This document shows positions 30,445 to 42,300 of a stretch of DNA of 64,000 nt, one piece after another. Position numbers and translations under genes: made by a program. Source of the DNA: Daphnia carinata (Eukaryota); assembly GCF_022539665.2 (NCBI RefSeq), contig NC_081331.1, positions 11,346,001 to 11,410,000 of the forward strand, in the 5' to 3' direction. Each line of letters opens with the position of its first letter. Position 1 is the stretch's first letter. The notes beneath the pieces are model-generated. The model saw only the letters and a program-made list of their open reading frames with translations. It ran no database searches and was not told the origin of the DNA.

Positions 30445-33126
30445 CTAGTCGCTCGATGGTAGGTTGGTGATTGATCTTACAGCAGCAACGAGTCGATGGT
30501 CTTTCCCACATATTGCGGATTTGAAGCTTGCCACATCAGACAACAAAATGGATGCAGCCGCGGCCCGAAACAGTTCAGCAAGTTCCATTAGAGAAGCAGG
30601 CAATACCAACCCTAAATCTTCGAAAATATTTCCCAAATAATCTTAGGGAAAAGAAGAAACAGATAGTAACGGATTTTCAGTCTCTGAAGGCGTAAACAAT
30701 CAGCGATTACAAAATTTACCGATATCAGCGGCCAATTGCTTAGCACCTTTAGGCCCTACACTCTCAATGCGAAGAATGGCATCGCTCAACGCACTGGCAC
30801 AAGCCGTGGCAACACAACCTAGAAGGAAGTCTGTAGCACTTGACTGATGCTGGCCTGTCTCAGGATGGCCTGTGCCAGGTGGTTGTCCATGAGCGAAGGA
30901 ATGCTCCGATAGCGCTCGTGTAAGCCCTCTGTTCTCTTGCAGAACAAAGGGCTCGAGGTGCTGTGGCAGCATCATTAGATATTGACCAATTTGCGTTATG
31001 TATTCCATAGGTGCTAGTCCAAATTCTGGCAAATCTTCGGTCAGACCACTACCGCTGATTATGTCAGCCCATTCCCGGCTGCCCAATTGGTTAATTTGTT
31101 GGTGGATAGGACTCATCAACGTGACCTTAATACTGTACTGAATATTTGAATTAAGCTCCAACGCTACCGCTATCGTTGGACTTAAATAGCAGAACCTTTC
31201 GTCTAAAACAGAAAAAGGTTTAGGTAAGTCATTGTTTTTAAGTATTTTTGCAGAAAAACTTCCATACTCTGCTTGCACTGTTTGAAGAGGGTTTCAAGTC
31301 GCTGGAGCGGTTGGGGTTCAAGATAGAAAGTTTTACAGCAGCTGAGAGGAGCTCCGTCTTGACTAAGCTTCTTCCCACAGGTTTTCACAATATCTGAAAA
31401 CATGGAATCATTTTCTTCCAGTGCCAGCAGAAGTTCGCCTAACGTTTGGAGTAACGAAAGCGCGGTATGTAAAGAATCTTCCCCCGAATGATCCATAAGG
31501 TTCTTTAGTTTGTCAAGTAGGCTTTTGTAGTGCTGCAAATGGTGGGCCAAAAACCTATTCCAAGCCTTTTTATTTTGTTTATTGAAGAAAAGAAAATAAG
31601 TGAAAATTAATTAGGTCTAAGATATATTCTGATTTATCCAATATCACCTCGATTAACAGCTCCAAACCGTATCCGTGTGTAAGTGCAACACAGTTTTGAA
31701 GTGTAGACTCCACAAGACTGTTGATTTTTGAATGGCTTTGTCGTAAAGTCTGAATGCTTTCTGTTATCTCCGTACTATCGTCGATAGGTTCCGGGAATTG
31801 TTCGAGCAAGTGTTGGAGACATAAAGCTTTATACTTGTTGGAAATAATAAGTCGAAATGGCTGATAAAGTGAGTCGCTAAACTGGCGGAAGACTTCGTCC
31901 TCGATGGGGCCAATATCTTTAAAATGAGCTTCTACCCCTTGAAGGAGTCTGTCAGCAGACGACTTGATTTGTTGCAACATGAATAAAGCCTCTGCAGCTG
32001 CCGGTTTTTTAATCAACGATTCCAGACTGCTCAGTGGATTAGGATCTAGGGCCGACATGGCTTGCGAGTAAATGGGCAAAATGACGCGACTTATGGTAGT
32101 TGGATATTGGTTAAAGACCCCTCGGTACCATGCGGTCTGCTCTTGCAGATCTGCAAGTAATAGTTCATGAAAGCGACTGATCACTTCAACTATATTCAAG
32201 TCATCTAATTCGCACAGTTCTTTCCATTCGTGCAGAATAACACCCCGTCGACACTTGGTATAATAATGCAAAAGCTGATCCAATCTGTCCATATTGCTGA
32301 ACACCTAGAGCAAAAAATGATGCATTATCTGAGTGTCCTCTTTTGGTTTTGTGCGATCATAGTATTATAGCACAAATGGATACCTGCACCATGACAGCAG
32401 TTTTGACAGCATCTCCTGCAGAGATTGCCGACACCACCGAGGGTGATGCTAACGCTTCGAGACGATTGCGCAGTCCATCAAGTTGCATCATTCTTTCACC
32501 ATAATCACTTACATGATTAAGAAGATCCAAGCTTTGCATAAGGCTACTAAGGCGTAGTGATAAAGCCATCAAGTCATTAGACTCAAATAACTAGAAAGAG
32601 ACAAAAGATCATTAATTGGGTCTTGGGATAATTTAAAAAGTCAAACACACCTCTTCAATATCCGCCATAAGTGTAGTCCAGTTATCTGCTTCTTGTAGAG
32701 CTTTAGAAGTAGCTTTTAGCTTGCTTTTTACAGCATCAAGTTTTACTATGTACTCAAGTGAGTGGGTAGTTTCATTTTCAACCTTGGCAACTTCATGCTC
32801 AACTGTTGCGAGCTTCCTTTGAAAGTGTACCACTTCATTTTGTAGAAGTTCTATGTCCCTAAGAAGTCGAGGAAGACTGGAAAGAACTGCGGTGCTTGTA
32901 TTTTCAAGACTGCTATTGATTTCGAATATAGCAAGCTGCAGTTTCATGACAATCGAGGATGCGAAGCTTTCGTGAGACTGGGCTTCCGATTGTCGGAACG
33001 CGTTATTTACCCAATCTTTCGCACAAAATTGTTCTTTAGCAAAGGCAGAAAGATCCTAAAATGAAACAGATAAAATGTTGACTTCATATCTGCGCGCTAA
33101 ACAAGGAAACCACCTATATTTACCAT
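30445..33126 (-). CDS. COG7: Conserved oligomeric Golgi complex subunit 7; multi-exon
   Basis: M|DLSAF..KDWVNNAF..VMKLQL, ALQEADNWTTL, LRNRLEALASP and LPEFGLAPMEYITQIGQYLMMLPQHLEPF are COG7-typical. Confidence 0.92.
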
Positions 33127-33521
33127 TTTTCTAACATTAGCTGTAAACAATTTTACCAGATTCAAAACAATCCGAATTTTTCGTCGTCGTCTGCGAAGCC
33201 TACGTGGCGTTGTGGCAGTTCAGTTCCCCGAGAACTCATTGAATTATTATATAAATTTGAAATAGATAATCAATAAAACAAAATTTTCTTATGTACCTTC
33301 TACGTATAAATTCTATGATTTTCATTTAACACGAAATTTTTTTAAATGCCAAATACTTAGGCTATGATTAGCCTGGCTTTGATCCAGAAGATGGCGTTCA
33401 CACTCCATTTCCTTTTCAAATTTCCAACAGTCAGCAGGCAATAGTACTTTGTGGCGGGCAATATTTGCAGAATACTATGAGATTTTGTGTAACAACCCAC
33501 ATTTTTTACTAAAAAATTATC

Positions 33522-36500
33522 ATGTCAAATAGTGAAGTTCAAGAACCTAAGATGGATGTCGAAAACAGCCAATTTTGTGTAAATATTTTTTGTGTAATGC
33601 CTAGTAATTCAACTGAGGCCACCTGTCCAAAAGACTTATTTCAAGCACATGAATGTTGTAAAGAAAATGGTTTCAATGTGAATTGGATTCAAGAGGAAGC
33701 TTGCATGAAGCTTAAACCTTGCAAGGAAGATGTCTTTATCTTGTCTGAATTTGCTGGACCATTGTTTGAGTTTCTCAGACACTTCAGATGTACCATTATC
33801 GGCCCACAGTGCCTGCTTGTTTCTGTTAATAAAGGAGAACCACTCCCAGATGTTCCAACACCTGTTTTCACAGTTGCAATGAAGGGAATCATTGTTACTA
33901 CAACAGGATGTAGCCCCCAAGAGAAAAAGGATATTCAAGAAAAAGTGCAATTCATGGGTGGACTTTACTCATCAGCATTTTCTGTAAATGTAACCCATCT
34001 TATTGTCAAGAGTGTGGCAGATTTTAGTCAGAAATTTAAAGTGGCAATAACCAAAGATATTCCTGTTATGGTTCCCAAATGGGTTGATGCCGTTTGGAAT
34101 GCCAGTCTTAAAGAAAGTGTTCATGGAACTGATCCCATGTTTGCTAGATATGCTTGCCCTCCATTCCAGGGATTGGTCATATGTGTGTCCCAAATTCCAA
34201 TCAAGGATCGGGAAGCCCTTAAGAAGATTATCGAAGCAAATGGCGGGCGATACTCTGGTCAGCTCGAAATGGGCAAGACAAATATTCTCATCACCACATC
34301 AGCTGAAGGGGAAAAATACACCTATGCCAGACGCTGGAAGATACGTTGTCTCAAACCAGAGTGGATTCATACTTCACTAAACAAAGGCTACGCCGCTGAC
34401 CCAGACGCATTCATTGTTGAAAAGAGTACCCTGCCTCCGAGATGTTCAACTCCAGAAGCAGATCATTCTGTAATGAAGTTTGGTAATTCAAGCATCAACA
34501 GCACCATATTGAACGAAAGCAGAGTTCATCACGTCGACGAGACAGTTGGGTCTACGACTTTAATACTGAATCATCAACAATGCGATTCTCGATCAACGGA
34601 AGCACTCGAATCATTGGATTTGGCTCTTTCTAAAAAGGCCGGACCATTTCTGGATGGATGTAAAGTTTTTCTTAGTGGCTTTGACGGTTCCCAGATGGAA
34701 AAACTTCGGTATACCAATATTCAAACATTAAAATAAAAAAGAAATAAAATAAACTTCTAATATCTAACCTTTTTTTCTTTTTCCAGGCGTATTCTTAACA
34801 ACGCCGGCGTGGCTCGCTTTAATAGCATCAGTGAATCACTATCTCACGTTATTGTCGGAAAAACTGTTGAAGAAGACTGGAAGCAACTTCAACAGCTAAT
34901 GCATAAGCCTCATATTGTAACAGTAGAATGGGTAGTTCAGAGCCTAAGATTGAAAAGGGCTGCCCCAGAAGCCGCCTATCTGCATCCCGATTTCAAAAAT
35001 GTAATTGCTCCCAATAAAGAAAACGCGACGAAGAAACCTATTCGAGAACCGAGCAGTAACTTACAAGAAGATACACATATGGTACAGCAATACTTGACTA
35101 CGGATAATACAGAAGAAGAACCGTCATCATTAATGGATCGGCCTCAAGGCATTTTTTCCGGTCTTACCTTCCATCTTGTAAATCTTGACACGGACTATGT
35201 TTCTACCGTGACGGACCTAATTGTAAGCAACGGTGGGCTTGTCGTATCGAAGAATGCCACTTATGTAGTTACAGAACCAGTCAGCCATACCATAATGCCT
35301 TTGGATCAAGAAGCAAAAGGCACGTTAGTCAATACTTTGTGGATCGAAGAATGTATCGATGAAGGCCGCCTAGTGGATATCGAATTCTATCATCGTCATA
35401 TTAAAATACGTGACAGAAATATTCTAGCAGGGTACACGGTATCCTTCAGTGGCATTCAAGGGCGACTTAGAGAACTACTCGATGACTTAATTGGACAACT
35501 TGGCGGAAGACCACAAGAGACTTTCTCACGCAAACTGATGGAGCAAAAGAATGTGTATCGTTCTACTCATCTTGTCTGTGCAAAAACAGAAGGGAGAAAA
35601 TACGAAAAGGCTCTTGAATGGGGTGTCCCGGCTGTTAGTGCCGAATGGGTTATTGCCTGCGCTATTTCTAGCAGTCGCCCTAACGAAGAGGATTTTCCTC
35701 CGGGAGGTGAAGCACCTACATCGCCAGAATCGGCTTTTCCAACACCTCAAACAGCAATTAAACTCTCTGTTTGTCCTACGGAATCTGTAGTTTTAAAAAC
35801 TACGAAGCAGAAATTGGCAGAAATATCTAGCAATCCCACACGTCATTTACCGACGCATTTTGATATGTCTTCTCCTCGAACTCCAGTATAAACCTTTTTG
35901 TTTCCATAACATTGCAAATGCATAATTTATTTTCCTTAACAGACAGGACCCGCAGTTACTCCTGCTATGCCTCAGCCACGGGCTGCGTTTGATTCACCAA
36001 TGTGTTTGCAACCAAGTTCAAGTGGTACTAATACTGTTGGTAGAACACCTCAACCTCGAGCAACTCTATTTAACATGCCCACGCCAGATACACCATATGG
36101 AAGGCTTTTAAACGTAGCGTCAGTTTCTATAACTAGAATAGCACGCCGGAAAAGATTCTATTTTTTACATTTATTTAATTTAATTTTTTTTAATAATTTT
36201 TTTGTTTGTTTTACAGTCAGACCCGTCACCTGATACCCGAAAAATGTGGAAGCATGCATTGGAAAACCGGGTTCGCCTGACACCTCGTACAAACGAATCA
36301 TTTACCACAACACCACAGCAAGAGATTCAACGAGGAGAAATTGTTGTTGCTTCTGAAGCTTCGGATTATTTTGAAAATTTACGTAAAAAATTTCGACTTG
36401 ATAATGGAGACGATGGACAAACAACATGGGGATCGGCAAGTCCAGCAGCAGTTCCACCCTTAGAACCACCGAAGCCGCCTTTCGACGGAATCGTGGTTTT

Positions 36501-37928
36501 TATACACAAGAAAATCGAAGATCAACGATCCGAGTTGGTTAGGGCTGTTGAAGCGCTGGGCGGCAGAGTTCGTTTTCAGCACTGCGAAGAAGTAACGCAT
36601 TTTGTTTATCAAGGCAAGTTGGCTGCTTCGAAAGAGGTTAAAAGTGCAAAAGAGTGGCACCAGAAATTTGTCTCACCGCAATGGATTCTCGACTGCGAAG
36701 ATGCTACTTGTCGCCTCGAAGAATCCCAGTACCCACCCTCTTTAAATCCGAAAATGGCTTTGTCACTTAATTTCAATTCGCAACCTCCTCCACCGGCTAG
36801 TTGTTCGCAGAAACGTCGACCTACTGCAAACACTGTCGAAACGGGTACACCGAGAATCCCGATTCGTAAACGTTTAATGTCCGATACCGATACTCATGAA
36901 AATGATCACCTTGAAGCAGACGAGGACCAGAACCTTCCCGTTCCTGAAGTAGAAGAAGAAGCGTGTAAAGAACTTTTGCAGCTCGACCAAGTCCTATCAC
37001 GTTCGGCCGAACAGATCCCCGCGGTAAAGCTGGCAAACGTATCGGCGGCTAGAAACGGTCGTGCTCCCGACCGCATCTTTGTCCCTGCAACTCAGCCTTT
37101 GGACATGGCCCCGGATTCACAATCAGCCGCTGTAGTGTGGGACCTTCATGAGACTCAAAAAGTTACTGGTTCAGAGCCAGCCTCCGTGTACCGAGTCATG
37201 TTCTCTGGAATGGCTCAAGATGACCGTGACTGCTGTACAGCCATCATTGAAAATTTAGGTGGAACAGTTCTTGAAGCCAATCATTACGATCCTACATGTA
37301 CACACCTCGTCGTCGCCAAAGTTGGATCAAATGAAAAACTTTTGACATCCATCGCTGCAGGCAAGTGGGTCCTCAATCCCGAATGGTTGAGTGAAAGCGA
37401 AAAAGAGCATCGTTTTTTAGAGGAGCAGAAATATGAGTGGGGTAATCCAGAAGCATCGGCGGTGCATCCACAGGTTGAATCAATTTCTGAAGATGAAGCC
37501 AAAATCGCAGCAGCCGCATATTATTGGCGTATTAATCGTACCCGTGGCCATTCCGATGGCCCTTTTCATGGTATTACTGCCGTTCTCCACTTACGTGAAA
37601 AAAACGCATCATTCCAGCGTTTGCTTGAAGCTGGCGGCGGAGAGGTGGTGGATCCTATGTAATAATTTTATCATTTATTCAAATCATAGACGCAACTAAA
37701 CTTTTCTGTTTTCGTAGCGCGGCTTTGGAGAACAGCAGGACAAATCTGTGTATTTTGGACACCCGGGAGGTAAAAAAAGTACAGTTGGCTACATATGCTA
37801 GCAAAGGTATCTATTGTGTTCCACTGATCTATTTGAGAAACCTTGTTCTCGCAATGGATAAGAAGTTGAAATGGAGTAAATCTGTTTTGCCCGAATTTCT
37901 CCCTTATCTAGAAAATATGCCTTCTTGA
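33522..37928 (+). CDS. TOPBP1: DNA topoisomerase II-binding protein 1 (multi-BRCT; mus101); multi-exon
   Basis: Successive BRCT repeats (VQFMGG..VTHL, CPPFQGLVICVS, GPFLDGCKVFLSGF, STHLVC..GRKYEKALEWGVPAV, CTHLVV..EKLLTSIAAGKWVL..YEWG). Confidence 0.93.
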
Positions 37929-38066
37929 CTTTCTTTTGTTTATGAAAACTCAAGGTGAAATAGTTTTTTTTAAAGAAAAATGTTAAATCTAAAGATTGGT
38001 TTGAAAAATACAATTGTCTCTAGTTTCTTCCAGAACTGTATTCATCTCTAGTACATAGACTTTAGG

Positions 38067-38426
38067 CTACCATGGGCGTTTGGGCCCCATTGTTGCGTCA
38101 CTCAGTATCCACGTTTTGTCTTCATCTTTTTTCATTGCCATTTGCTTGTGCCTTGGTTTAGTTTTACAAATGATGTATGCTCTTTCATGCCTCACCACTT
38201 TGTAACAGTCTTTGCACCGCTTTTTCAGTTTTCCAACAACTTTAAATCCAGCTGTAGGAACTAGTGTAGGAACAGTTGGAGTTAAGAGTTGCCTTGGCAT
38301 ACTTGCACCTTCTTGAATTTTCATTGTAAACACACTGAATGTTCTTGTCACTGTCACAGGTGATAACAAGAAAAGCTGCTGCATGTTATTGCACACTGGC
38401 ACAATGATTTTTCTCAACATATCCAT
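38067..38426 (-). CDS. MRPL36: Mitochondrial ribosomal protein L36
   Basis: The C-terminal bL36 zinc ribbon FKVVGKLKKRCKDCYKVVRHERAYIICKTKPRHKQ follows a transit-peptide-like N-terminus. Start placed at the first ATG after the upstream acceptor. Confidence 0.9.
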   Translation of the reverse strand: MDMLRKIIVPVCNNMQQLFLLSPVTVTRTFSVFTMKIQEGASMPRQLLTPTVPTLVPTAGFKVVGKLKKRCKDCYKVVRHERAYIICKTKPRHKQMAMKKDEDKTWILSDATMGPKRPW

Positions 38427-39322
38427 TGTGAAATTCAACCTGTAAAAATTATTTTTTAGCTTGCTGTACTTCGTATGATATTTTCATAGAGCTACAAAAA
38501 AAAATTGAGGAAGTATCTAAAATGTCGAATTTGCTTTGAGGCATTAACCAACACTTACCATTAAGCTGCATTTTACCCCTCAACATATAGCTAAAATGAT
38601 TAGATAAATAAACTGTAGTTCCCCACTTACGTTAGCAACAGGCTTGATGCGTATTTTTTTTCGTTACGTCACTATTTTAGACTTGTTCTTGAATTTAATG
38701 AATTTTTTTGGACTAAGGTAATTTGGCGACAAAGCAGACGACAGTAGGAACTGTAAACCGGCGGTCTGCAGGATGCAAAACACTGGTATTTCCTAGTTCT
38801 AGCAATACAAGATTGTGATACATTTACTTTGCTTTATAGTTATAACGTAAAATCTTGACTTGCAGAACAAAATAATTTGTAAATTTCGTGGAATTTATGG
38901 AACCTAACGGAGCGACACACAAACTGAATGAAATATGGAAAATCTTTCCGATTCTAATTCATTGATTAAATTTCCTGTTGTTGTATTTTAAGACAAGTTT
39001 ACTAATTTTCGTGGATTTTCAGTTTACCATAAAAATGAAACCCGATTGAACTCATATTCTTTAACATTTCGAAATTCTGAGTTTTTCTAAAACACAGAAG
39101 ATATGGCAACCTTACCCACACAAGGCAACTCCGCCTTCTCTCCTAAATTACCTTCTTCTCTTCGTGTGCCGGTGGAGTACTGCAGTCTCCATTTTCATTT
39201 ATCTCAAACGAGAGAACGTGGGAATATATATCTCAATTGGTACGTTGAAGGACCATTTGACGAGGCCTGAAAACGGCGATACTATGGAGAATCATCTGTG
39301 AAATGACTGCTAAATCTCCATC

Positions 39323-42300
39323 ATGGAAGATACACTTCAGGTATGTTTTTTCCTTGTAACTACGAATATTAATGGTTCCTTGTTTCTTGCCATACCTTGA
39401 GAAATATCATGGCAATTAGCTTCAGCATTTTGTTAGCGTCCTTCGTGTCATTCGTTGTACCAGGAGAGTCATATCTCCTCTAGATGTAGGGTCCACTCTG
39501 AGGTTGATATTGTTATATTGTTATCTATTACCTTGGCGAAAAATCTTCAAAATTTATCTTGAGACTCGAACGCCACGTGGCGTCCATCTTGCCAAAATTA
39601 AAGTCCATGTCATGGAACCGATCTTAACCTCAAAATACTGTTTTTGGCAGGAACTGGAATTCCTGGACTTCAGTGACCTACCAGAAAATGAAGTTCAAAA
39701 TTTGAAAAGCTTTATTATTGGGCCGACCAAACAAGATGAGCAGAAAGATAATCTTTCATCAGTCTCTGAGCAGCACCCATGTGAAGGTACGACAATACAT
39801 TCCTGCACATATTTGGCAGTTTTTACATTTCTTTGCACTTGTTTAGGATGTGTGGGGTCTGGGAATTACCCAGATATGGAGTCAGCTGAACATGTTCCGG
39901 TAGTTTTTTCAGCTCCAAACCCAGTTCATTCTATGTACCAGCAGAATGTTTGCATCACATCAATACCCCAATATCAACCAATCATGAGTTATCCAATGCA
40001 GATAATGCCAGGGGGTCACCTTGTTGCTTCAAGTCCTAACTACTATGTTGGTAACATTCACAGTCCTCCTATTCCTCATCCTGCGTCATTTAGTCCACCC
40101 CATCGGATTTTGAACTCCCAGCTTCTGACGTACCCGAAAAGGAAAAATGTTCGCGTGAAATATTCACCACGGAAAGATATTGTAAATGGACATGCCGGTG
40201 ATGTCTATTCTAATATGGTCTACCAACCGCCCGTATCGTATATGGGACCGTGTTTCACGGGCGATGTTGTACAGGCTGTTACCGGAGTGCCGATTGTTAT
40301 GCATCAGTCCGTGCCGTCATACGTACCACCTCACGGCGTCCAAGTCACAGCAGCTAATTCTCCTCAGCTATATCCAGTGGTAAACTATCCGCCGACAGAA
40401 ACTACCCTTTCGCTGGATTTCTTCGTTCCGGCCGTTAACGAAGCAACCGAAGAGATTCTTGCTGTTAATCCTACCCCAGTTCTAGCACCACTAGCGACTG
40501 TTTCTCAGGTAGAAGCAGTCGAAGAAAAGAAAACGAAAATTTTAACACCATCAGAGGTACCTGCATCTCCAGTTGAAGCGATTTCACTTGCAGAAGATAA
40601 ACCGTTAAATGCTGATCCTTCCGAAGCTAAATCATGGGCTAGCTTGTTCAAGAAGGATGCCCCAGTTCCTGTGAACTCCGGGGAAAAACCAACTGCACGA
40701 GTTGGGCCATTCACGCCGTCTGGCGTTGTAACGCCGGAAATGGCAAGCGTTGTGTCTCGGCCAACGGTTGATGTAAGAACTCGTCGCACTGCAGAGCATC
40801 TAGCCAGCTACGAATTGGTAATGGTGCCAGTGGCATTGCTCCCAAGAGGTCTCATCAATAAGAGCAATTGGTGTTACATAAATGCAACCTTGCAAGCCTT
40901 GATTGCTTGTGCACCTTTCGTTCATCTGGTGAAGTCGCTGGAGCGTTTCACAGGAGGTAAAAAGGAAGAGTCCACGACACCAATAATGGATAGCGTGTAA
41001 GTTATTCTACTTTAAAGTGATTTATTTCCCTATGATGAATTAGAGTTAGCTGTCTGGCTTACGACAATCCCGCAAATGTGGATAACATACGGAGTACTGC
41101 CTTACTCGTTTAAATCCTCGGGAAGGTCTGAGAAAAAGCTAGTCTCTTAAATGTAGAGATTATGTTCTAGACGGACAACCTTCTTGTGAAGGTGCAGAGG
41201 AATAGAAAGATATCGATTGGAGGTTACTTGCCCACGATGCCTCTTTGGTTAGGCGTTTTACTTCCAAGTACGATTGGAACCGCCTCTGTGGCTTGCTTTT
41301 TGAGTATAATTTGCGGGATGTGGTATGCATTATTTTGTTACTACAAAACTCAATTCAGACTAATCTGTCGAAAGCCGCACATACTGCTCTAGCATTCTGA
41401 GGGTTTTTCATACGAATCCCCAGAAATATTGTTTGTTCTAGTTTGGTAAGAAATTTCTCATCGATCTTTCATTTTTAGAATCGACTTCGTTGATCAGTTT
41501 GAAGTTATTCCTGTCCGAACTGGCAAAGAACGGGCATCTGCCAAAAAAGAGGAGCCGCGTTTTGGAACAAGTTTCGAGCCCTGTTCTGTATACAAAATGC
41601 TTTCAAAAATCCGAAGTGAAACTTTCAAAGTGGAAGGTCGCCAGGAAGATGCCGAAGAATTTTTGAGCTGTCTGCTTAATGGCTTGCACGATGAGATGAT
41701 CGATGTTGTGAAAGCCTCCAATCTTGCTGGAGATAAACCTCCCGTTCAGGTTGGAGCTAAATCAGATGCATTGGACGAGGAAGATTGGCAGGTAAAAGTG
41801 TTTTCTATTTCGTCATGGGTAGAAGTTAATCTCGTGTGATGAGCTTTATGGATTTCTGACACCTCTTCTGAGTTTATCTTTGAAGATTTCCTTTAACTGA
41901 AACTTGATATTTAGTTCTCTTTGTCGTTACATTTATAATTCCACATTAAGCCGTTCATTTTTTAATTAGATTATTGGCCCAAAGAACCGAGGATGTGTGA
42001 CGCACACGACCACTTTCAGCAAAACACCCGTATCGAACTTGTTTCTTGGTCAGATGCGATCGGCACTTTATTACGCAGGAGCACAGTCCACAGCAACTCT
42101 GCAACCGTTCTTCAGTTTGCAATTAGACATTCAGGTATTGCCTCGCGTTATCAAGAGTAAAAAAATAGTTCATTGAAAAGTCAGCTGCATGCTTGCATTC
42201 TGTCTTGTAGCGTTACTTCGATGACAAATTAATTGTTCATTTGGTATGGAGATGTTGGTGCCGTTCTGGTATCAACATTGGTACATCCCTATGGGCGTTT

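Noticed and set aside
41032..41131. Stand-alone ~100-nt C/D snoRNA using CTGA at 41128
   Set aside because: That CTGA belongs to the RNase P CR-I/P4 motif. The D box that completes the terminal stem is at 41397-41400.
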